Below are positions 54,863 through 64,000 of a DNA stretch of 64,000 bases, one piece after another. Where the stretch lies: contig OZ024740.1 of assembly GCA_964016885.1 (NCBI GenBank), positions 218,922,001-218,986,000 of the forward strand, written 5' to 3'. Position 1 is the first letter of the stretch. Every line of letters starts with the position of its first letter. Under the pieces are notes generated by a model, which had not been told where the DNA came from, made no database searches, and saw nothing but the letters and a program-made list of their open reading frames with translations. Source of the stretch: Eledone cirrhosa. Lineage: Eukaryota. A program made the position numbers and the translations under genes.

Positions 54863-56589
54863 AAAAAGATCAAATAAAGTACCAGTAATACACTGGGATA
54901 ATTGCTGGCCTTGTGCCAAAAGTAGAAACAATTGTTATAAAAAGATCATACGTTTCATGTCGGCTCTTCCACGTTGACATGTGTTAGATGGAACTTTTTG
55001 AGGCAATGTTTTACAGCTGGATGTCCTTCCTGACATCAACCCTTTCAGTTAGTTCTTACAACATGCAGAAATACAGTGTATCTATTCTAAACCGGCACAC
55101 ACAGCAATCATCATCATCATCATCATCACCACCATTTTTACATTGGTTTTTCCACACTTGCAGGGGTTGGACAAGTCCTTTTAAGCACAGCATCTCTTCA
55201 CTCACCGCGTTTCTCTGTGAGTTTCAGTGATTTGAGAGTAAAAAAAAATATGAATGTAAAAATGATAATGATGATGACTACATTATTATGGTAGTATGTA
55301 ATTTGAGGGAGATGTTAGTAGTTAGTTCTAGCAAGAACAGCAACCTCAAAAAGGTATTCTCATTAGCTATTCTGGAAACAGAAATGGCTTCTTTTTGAAG
55401 AAACGAAGAATAGGAAGCTTTCACTAGATTAATATGATGTCCCTGCTCATAGAATAACTATAAAATTTCTCTTCTAATTTGAGGTTTCTGAAGAGTTACA
55501 ATATTTCAGTTTTATTTAGTATTTTTTCAATAAACATGTCATAATTCAAAGTGATTTATGCAAACACATATACTTATGCACACACACACACACACACACA
55601 CATGCAAGCACACACAAACACACTCGCACATATACATACACACACAAACACACACCCAACTCACACACAAACACACATACACAAACATAAACACGCATAT
55701 ATACATACCATACTTAGAAACACACACAATTACCAAAATGATAACTATTAGGATGATATGTATGGCTTAGAAGACACTACTTTAGTTATTTAGTTGTGTT
55801 AGTTATCATGGTTTAGATTATTCTAGAAAACTGTCTTAAAACTACTACTGGTACTCATCTTACAAAAGAAATATAATATCCACATTAAATTACTGAAATC
55901 TTTGAATTATGTATTTGATTGCATATATGACCCACAGGCATATAAGACTCCACCCTTCAGTTTAGGTAATTGCAGGTATTATGGAAATGTGCAGCTAGAG
56001 TATATCAGAAGAGAAAAAAAAAAATGAAAAAACATGCAGCTAGATGGTAAGTAAAATTATACTAATAATAATGGTTTCTACATTTGGAACAAGGCCAGCA
56101 ATTTGAAGGGGATTTTGTAATTTGTATGTAAGAGCTGAAGCTATAACATTAAACATTTTATAAAATCTAGATACCAGTAGGGATGAGAATGCTTGTAAGT
56201 CAGAAAATCACACAAAAGAATCAGTCAGAACATTGGCGGGCCATCTGAGGAAGGAGCCCCGTGAGGTGGGTGGCTGTTGCAGTGGGTGTTGCTGGTTATA
56301 ATCTGCAGAAATGCTTTTGTGGTCTTATCCATGGGAGACAGCCCCATTACTACCGCACCCTAGGCCAGAGCCTAATCACGCTCCCCCTTCCCCCTCTCAT
56401 TATTCCATGACACTAGAGCCCTTGCCTTTCCCTTCCTTTTCTGTTTTTGTTTTATATTTTCTTATTTTAGATTCCATTCTTTCTTCTCAATCTAAAAAAA
56501 ATTTTTTTCTTTTTCCATTAAATTGTTTTTACTATAAATGGAAAAAATGAAATTTCATTTCTCACTCTTAGTACAGCTGTTACTTAAAT

Positions 56590-57135
56590 ATAAGTATGTA
56601 TACGTACATACATATATGTATACAGACGTACAGGAGTATGTATATATATACATACATGCACACACATATATATGTATGTATGGGTTTATCGAACATTTAT
56701 AATAATGTTCGGTTTGTTTGTAAACAAACATCCCGAATTAAGCCGTACAGTGTTCAGCAACTATCGTTAGGGCAACGATCGTTTTCAGTATACCCGGCCG
56801 ACTAACTCACTCGATATGCAAATTAGGCTGCTCAGCATAAGGAAAGTATATACTTTCAAACGTTCAATCGACTGACAGGAAGGTATACGATGCTGATGAC
56901 AGCTAATAAGCTAGAAACTAGTTTATCGTTCCTTTGTCAGTGTTGAACAAAAGGGCAACGATGGTTGCCGAACACTGTACGGCTTAATTCGGGATGTTTG
57001 TTTACAAACAAACCGAACATTATTATAAATGTTCGATAAACCCATACATACATATATATATGTGTGCATGTATGTATGTATATACATACTACTGTACGTC
57101 TGTATATATATATGTATGTACGTATACATACTTAT
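56590..57135. mobile_element. Inverted-repeat element enclosing a hammerhead motif (probable Penelope-like or retrozyme relic)
   Basis: About 180-bp near-identical inverted arms (56590-56768 and 56955-57135) ending in TA/TATG microsatellite; hammerhead motif in the spacer. Confidence 0.7.
56862..56948 (+). ncRNA. Type I hammerhead ribozyme motif (minimal, palindromic stem III)
   Basis: Stem I ACGATG(56887-92)/TATCGT(56924-29); CTGATGA at 56893-99; stem II cAGCT-aata-AGCTa; GAAA at 56914-17; stem III palindrome ACTAGT; GUU triplet at 56921-23. Stem I extends via AAGG/CCTT, ACTGACA/TGTCAGT and GTTCAAT/GTTGAAC. Confidence 0.82.
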
Positions 57136-58172
57136 GTTTTTACTATCATAGACATCAATTTACTACTGTTAATTAAACATGTATGGAGTTAGACTAGGTA
57201 GAAATATTGGTACTCTATAGTGTCTTGGTAAACATTAGCCTACCAAATTGGATGATATTTTTAGACTTTTTCAATTTAAAAAACTATGGAAAAGTGCACG
57301 TGAACTCATATGCAGTATATTTATGTGTACTAAACATTTGTTTAGTCTCACTGTGAGGATTTTAACCATGAACATATTGCAGCTACTTCAGCAACTGGGA
57401 CAAGAGCTGTTAAACCTTTTGTTACCAATTTCTATTGAAAGACACTAAGTATCATATATATTCTTTTAAAATTTGAAAATTTTGAAGATTTCAAAGGATT
57501 TAGTAATATAACCAACTTTCTCATGATTAAACTGATGTTTGAAATATAATTTAACAAATGTTCTTACATAAAATTATGATTGGCCGATTTTCAGATAAAT
57601 ATATGCAGTTATACAGAAAACCCACCTTCGCTTACATACAAACTTAAACCTACAGTCAGTAGGCATCTCTTAACCCAATATACACCCCACCCCACACACC
57701 CTACCCCATCCTCCCATTTCCGTCCACTGTAAAGTAGGTGACACAGTAAAACGGCTCCCAGTCCATACTGTAAATGTGGTTGGTGTTAGGAAGGGCATCC
57801 ATCTGTAGAAAACCTGCCAGAAATAGTTCTGTACGAACGAGACATGGTCATCCAACCAATCTTGCCTCAAGTGGGACAATTCCCATGCTAGCATGGAAGA
57901 TAGATGTTAACCGATGATGATGATGATGATGATTACTAATTTTCTTCTTCCTGATTTGTTACCATTCACACCAGTTTTTAGAAATTCTCTGTGCTTTGCC
58001 TCATGTAAGCTGCATTTCCCTTAACTCCTTTTCAATTCTTTTATGTTAGTTTTTCTTTAGCTATTTAGACTTTTGCTTTCCATATGGTGTCCATCTTAAT
58101 TCTACCTTTGGTAACCTTCTTTGGTTCATTCTCAGTCCATGCCTTAACCAATAGAATCACCAGTGTTTTATT

Positions 58173-58399
58173 TTAACCCTTTAATGTTCAAACCGTCCAA
58201 AACCGGCCAGAATTCTCTACCTCTTTCTATTGAAACTGGCTGTAACTGGTCGCGCAAACTGATGTTAAGGTATTGTTCTCAAAATAAATACTTTCAAAAT
58301 CTCATAGATTCAATATTATGTGAGATATTATGTGAGGTAAAGTTTTTACCATGAAAATATAATAGTATATATAGAGTAATGTGAATGCTAAAGGGTTAA
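58173..58399. mobile_element. piggyBac-type MITE family A, orientation A
   Basis: TTAACCCTTTA...GCTAAAGGGTTAA. Confidence 0.85.
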
Positions 58400-58660
58400 G
58401 GACACACTATTGCAACAAGTTTTGTGGTACAATCAAAAGGGTTAATGTATTTCACTGTCATTACAGATCTTCAACCCTATTTACATCTGGATACAGAGGT
58501 ATAGAAATCAATATCTTATAGGAGTTTGTAAACAAAAGAATCATGGTGGAGACCTATTAATGTTAAGTGACATGTTCACAGATTAAAACTGTTGATATGA
58601 ACATGCCCAAAACTGCCTCAATTCTATGATGACAAGTCTCTTATCTTTAAGTATTTATAC

Positions 58661-58876
58661 TTAACCCTTTAGCATTTACATTACTCTATATTTACTATTG
58701 CATTTTCATGGTAAAAGCTTTATCTCACATGATATTGAATCTATGATATTTTGATATTATTTATTTTGAGAACAATACCTTAACATCAGTATGACTGGCC
58801 AGTTACAGCCCATTTGAACAGAAAGAGGTGATAGAATTCTGGCCAGATACAGCTGGTTTAAATGCTAAAGGGTTAA
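58661..58876. mobile_element. piggyBac-type MITE family A, orientation B
   Basis: Perfect TIRs and TTAA. Confidence 0.88.
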
Positions 58877-61321
58877 ATGTAAAATAATGTTGTAGAAGAA
58901 TATTTTTGTTAAGTTATGTACTGAGTACCATTTTATTTTATTAATATAGTTAATTATTTTCCTAAATTCCTTCAAATTGTTGATAATTTACAAACTGAAT
59001 TGAAAAACAGGTGGTGACATTTTCATTAGAAATCACCACCACCACCACCACCACCATCCTCCTCCTCCTCCTCTTCCTCCTCATCATCATCATCTTTACA
59101 TTTGTTTTTCTATGCTTGCATGGGTTGGACGGGTCCTTCTCAGCACAGCATCTCTCCACTTGCCACGTTCCTTCATCATCTCCTCTGTGTGTCTCAGTGA
59201 TTTGGGGTCAGCTCTCAATATCTCTGAAAACAGGTCTTTCTTAATCTACTGCTTCTGGGATTTTCTTGCACTTCTTTCACCATCAATCATCACCCTTGCG
59301 TATTACATGTCTGTACCAATGCAGTTTTCTCTCTTGCACACCACTTCGGATTCCTCTTACATCCAGCATCTCCCTCAGCTTATCCAAGCTCTGCTTTCTC
59401 TCACACTTACATTGTACATCCGACGAAGCATAGAAATATGGTAATGAAAAAGTTAAATATTTACAGTGAGACTAAATGTGTGTTTATTACACATAAACAT
59501 GTTATATATGGGTTCATATACACCTTTATTGTGAATCACTCTGTATTAGTGTTATTACTAATTTAAAAAAAATCTGGCTTTATATGCTCGATAAAAATCC
59601 TGCTATTTCCATGCGTAGTACAGTAGTTTCGTGATGGCATGGTATGACAAACTGTTCTATGGCATTACCAATGCAGTGGTTTTGAAATTGATTGATATAT
59701 ATTTCAACAATGGGAAAGCACAACCATCCAACTTAGTGGACTACCATGAACTACAGGTGGCATAAATAGTAATTGAAACTGAAATGAAAGATGCAAATGG
59801 AAGCTCAGCTTAACTGAAAAATGAACAGAATCATATGCCATCAGATATGGTACTAAATCTTCGAATTTAACCAAATATAAGATAGGTGAATTCTTTGAAA
59901 ATCAATCGGAAATATATCTTGCTCACAGCTATAATTTCTACTTTGCTAGCATTAATCTTCTCACTAACATATTAATATCCTGTAATCTATAGCAGAAAGA
60001 ATTGAAATGCTGGAAAGGGAATCTGATTATTAAATTGTGCACCTTAAAATTTAAGCTATCACTGGTAAGACCTCAACAAACAGTACATCGATATACTTAT
60101 ATGAATAGGCGTGTTATGTCTCTGTGTGTATGTGTGTGTATATGTGTGTGTAGATGTGTGTGTTTGTGTGTGTGCAGGAATAAATACTTATATATGTATA
60201 CACATACTCAAACACACTTACACACAAGCACACACACACACACTCACACTCGCACATGCATATCAAGCAATAAATTTGTATTTATGTATATCCAATTATG
60301 TATATGAATATACAAATCACTATCATTATAATAATCATCATCATGATCATAATGATGATGATGATGATGATCATCATCATCATCATCAATCAAATATTAC
60401 TTGTAGACATCAGTTTTAGCATATTTTCTATGGTTGGATGCCCATCTGATTGTCAACCCCATCACAGAGTATACTGGGTACATTTTATCATGTTCTAAAG
60501 AGCCCTTTCTACCCTACATTATGTGGATTGGTAGATGGTCAGACGCCATGGTTTCCAACATAGAGTCTGAGTTCAATTCCCGCTGAGGTTAACTTTGCCT
60601 CCTTATGGGGTCGATAAAATAAAGCACCAGTAATACATTGGGATAATCAACTTTTTACAGGGTTTACTGGGTACATTTGATCATTTTCTAAAGAAAGAGA
60701 CTTTTAAATCCCGTCGAGGTTAACTTTGCCTTTCATCCTTACGGGGTCGATAAAATAAAGTACCAGTAATACACTGGGATAATTGCTGGCCTTGTGCCAA
60801 AAGTAGAAACAATTATATCTGCTCAATCATCAACCTTTTACAGAGTATACTGGGAACATTTTATCATGGCACCAGCATTAAAGAGGTTACCTTGCCCTTG
60901 GCAAGACTAAAGATGGCTTCCTACTCTATGTTGGCTTTATTTATTCATTCAAAGCACCACTGCATTGTCTTATCCCCAGTAGATAGAAGAGAGGGTAATA
61001 GAGAGAGAGTAATGGAAGAGAGGCTGTGGCAGGAGTGAGAGGGTGGTAGAGGAGAGAGTAATGGAAGAAAGAGATTAATGAATAGCTACATGATGATTGT
61101 TGGTAAGAAAATTCTGTAAAAACAGCTTGAGTGGTGTGATTGAGAACAGTGTGAAAAAAACACTTGAGTGTGATAGGTTACTCCAAAGTAAGAGAGAGAG
61201 AGAGAGGGAGAGAGGGAGAGAAAGAGAGAGAAAAAGAGAGGGAGAGATACATAGATAGAGATAGATAGATAGATAGATATAGAGAGAGAAAGAAAGAGAG
61301 AGGGAGAGATAGATAGATATG

Positions 61322-64000
61322 TTTCTTTTATTTGCCACTAGGGCATCAAAAGTGGGACAAGTACAAAGGGGGGAGTTTACACAAAAAGGCGTCCTCAATA
61401 AGGAGGAGGCAATAACAAAATATAAAAATAAAATAAGATATAACAAAAAATAAAATTTATAACAAAATCCTCAATAGAGAGGAGGCGCCTTGGGGGGGCG
61501 CACACACCCCCGAAAAAGTGTGCAACCCTTCTCCTCAGGAGCACAGAGAAGGGGTGCTCCCTTGGTCTTTCATCTTCCTCACCTATAGTCTGATGTAGAG
61601 TGAAGGCCCATTCACACGGGCCATTCTCGCCACTTTCACCCATCTTTCATAGAAACGGCTGGGGTGCAGCACCTCTCTCTCCATCCTGATCCTTCTTCCG
61701 AAATGATAACGGAAGAAACGGACCAGTTGTTGGCCAGAGAGAAAGGTGCCCGACCTCAGTCCTTTCAGACGCGTCCACCATACAACCTCTTTCGCCATGG
61801 CTATTACGCACAGAAACACCGCCTCTGCTTCATCTTTGAAGGGGGGAGGCGGCTTGATCATTACAATAGACTCGGTGGTCAACCGGATCGGTCCCACCCT
61901 TGACAGCAGTTGTTCGACATAGCCCCACAGATCGGCTACGCCCGAGCATTGTACCAATGCGTGTGCAACGGTTTCCTCGTCGCACACGCATCTGGGACAG
62001 ATCTTTTTGGCGGGGTCCCTACCCGGGCGCCCGTGTCTGTAGAGCCTTTCTCGAACGGGTAAAGCCCCTCGGTAGCACTGCCAGGCCAGGGACTTCTGGA
62101 AGTTGTCCATAGGTTCCGGGCTGAATGTCCTACCGAACAGGCTGGCCAGTTCGTCCTCCTCCATGTCTAGGGCTTCTCCGAGGGCGTCGTCGCACCTGCT
62201 GCGTACCAGCCCTCTATAGAATGTTGCGGTGGAGTCTCCACTGATAACCGGATCCGCCTGCCAGAGGGCGGTGAGCGCCTGGGCACACTCAGTGTGCCAG
62301 GCGCCCAGTTTTCTCGGTCTTTGCTTGACCCAGGATTGCAGCTCGGTGAGTGAGACGAGTCTGGGAAAGGTTCGTCTCACAAACGAGGCCCACACCGGTT
62401 GTCCGGTGAGGAATACGTAGAGGTGCCGTAGCCTTAATGCGTGTTTACGCATCATTAGCCACGGCATCCCCAGCCCTCCTTTCGAAGGGTGTTGACAGCA
62501 GATGGATCTCCTCACCATAGGAGCCCGCCTCTTCTAAAGGAATTGGAAGAGCGCGCGCTCCATCTTGGTGAGGGTTTCCCTTGGGCAGGGCACTACGGTC
62601 AGGCGGTAGTAGATGACGGACATTATGTAGGTGTTCGCCACCTCTGCCCGACCTTTCAGGGATAGTTTGCAACTGGCCCACTTCTGGCTCAGTGCAAACA
62701 CCCTGTTCGTAACCTCCGCCCAGTTTTTCTCCACCTGGAGGTCCGGTCCGAACCAGACCCCGAGCAACTTCACCGGGCCCTCCGTCCAGCGTCCGACGAC
62801 GCCATCGGAGGGCATCGGTCTGCCCCTCCACGTGCCGAGTTGCAAACCGATCGACTTGTCCCGGTTCAGCTTAGCCCCTGTGAACTTTTCGTACTCCTCC
62901 AGTAAGGTGCCGACCGCCTCGATTTCAGAGGCCGTCGACACCATCACTGTCACGTCATCGGCGTAGGCCGACACCGCTTTCCGCAATCCCGGTTCCAAAG
63001 GGATGACCTGCAACAACTCCAACTTCCGCAGTAGTGGCTCGAGAGTCAACACATACAGAAGGGAGGAGAGAGGGCACCCTTGTCGGATGGACCGCGCGAT
63101 TTTGAACAGCTCCGAGAGGTAGCCGTTCACCTTGACCCTAGAGCAGATGCGGCTGCTGTGCATAGCAGTGATCCAGCCCCTGAAAACGGGTCCGAAGCCT
63201 GCCGCCGCTAGCACCGCATCCAGGTAACCATGGTTGACCCTATCGAACGCCTTAGATTGATCCAAGTTGATCAGAGCCCCACCAAAGCCGGGTTCGTTCC
63301 CAACCCTCTCTATGATGTATCGCATGAGGTGGAGGTTGTCATGGATGGACCTGGACGGGATAGCGCATGTCTGCGCATCTCCCACCAGGTTGCCCACGAC
63401 AAGCGCCAACCTCTTTGCTAGCACCTTGGCCAAAATCTGTAACTCTGTATTTAGCAGAGTTATGGGCCTGAAGTTACTTATTTCGTCCCCCTTGTTCTCG
63501 TCCTTCCTCACTAGCGTGACTACGCCCTTGGTCACAGTACAGGGAATTCTCTCGTTCTGTTGCCAGTTGCAGTAGACCGCCTCGAGGAGATCGGGGAACA
63601 AGTCCGGCATAGCTAGATATAATTCGTAAGGAAGACCATCGAGACCCGGGGATTTGCGTTTGCCGCATTGGCTCAGCACGTCCTCTATCTCAGCGGCCGA
63701 AATCGGCTCCTCGCAGGACTTCGCCTCCCTGTCCGAGAGGCGCGGCAGGCCGTCGAGGTATGGACCGAAGTCCACGTTCCCAACCGGCTCCCCGCCCCTC
63801 CCGAACAGTCGGGCAAAGTGCCTTTGAAAGGCCTCACACATCTGCTTAGGCTCAAGAATCGCCCGTCCATCCAGGTCTCGCAAAGACCGGATGGTGGATT
63901 TAGTTCCACTGTTGGCCTCTGTCACGCGGGCCCAGCTAACAGCTTTAGTCCCCTCGTTCCCTAGAGCACGTATTTTACTTCGGACAACGCAGCCTTCGTG
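61322..64000 (-). mobile_element. Tx1-clade (L1 group) non-LTR retrotransposon, 3' part, young
   Basis: GC-rich; ORF2 has RT motifs SPGLDGLPYELY, FRPITLLN, LDQSKAFDRV, QGCPLS and AYADDV, then GGLG and a C-terminal CPRC...HALVQC zinc finger; 3'UTR with AATAAA near 61327-32 abutting (TATC)n/(TC)n. Confidence 0.92.
61583..64000 (-). pseudogene. Tx1 ORF2 (reverse transcriptase plus C-terminal zinc finger) with one premature stop
   Basis: Open from 64000 (HEGCVVRSK...). ORFs 62534-63925 and 61583-62518 are in the same frame, separated by TAG at 62534-36 where FLW is expected. Confidence 0.9.

Noticed and set aside
56596-57129. Two near-identical ORFs (69 and 68 aa) on opposite strands
   Set aside because: By-product of the inverted arms and TA/TATG repeats; no coding signature.
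61664-63964. Multiple overlapping or antisense ORFs
   Set aside because: Shadows of the GC-rich Tx1 ORF2.

Overview
AT-rich, repeat-dense eukaryotic DNA. The SINE tails, RTE LINE relics and microsatellite style suggest an octopus or related cephalopod (inference). The left part holds the 5' portion of a minus-strand DHX9 (RNA helicase A/maleless) gene. Five coding exons between 23264 and 8771 encode dsRBD1, a linker and the start of dsRBD2. A probable non-coding first exon and CpG-rich promoter lie at about 37.6-37.8 kb, and the gene appears to continue past the window start. The rest is transposon-derived: at least 10 copies of a piggyBac-type TTAA MITE, hAT and Tc1/mariner/pogo MITEs, Helitrons, tRNA-type SINEs, decayed RTE, CR1 and RLE LINEs, and a young Tx1-clade LINE at the right edge with one nonsense mutation. 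The most interesting signal is a set of small non-coding elements built from inverted tails around type I hammerhead ribozyme motifs, resembling Penelope-like or retrozyme elements. One motif is near-intact (56862-56948), one has a core point mutation (745-818) and one is split across both strands (5840-6017). All pairings were read by eye and nothing was computed. Almost all short ORFs in the supplied track are spurious.
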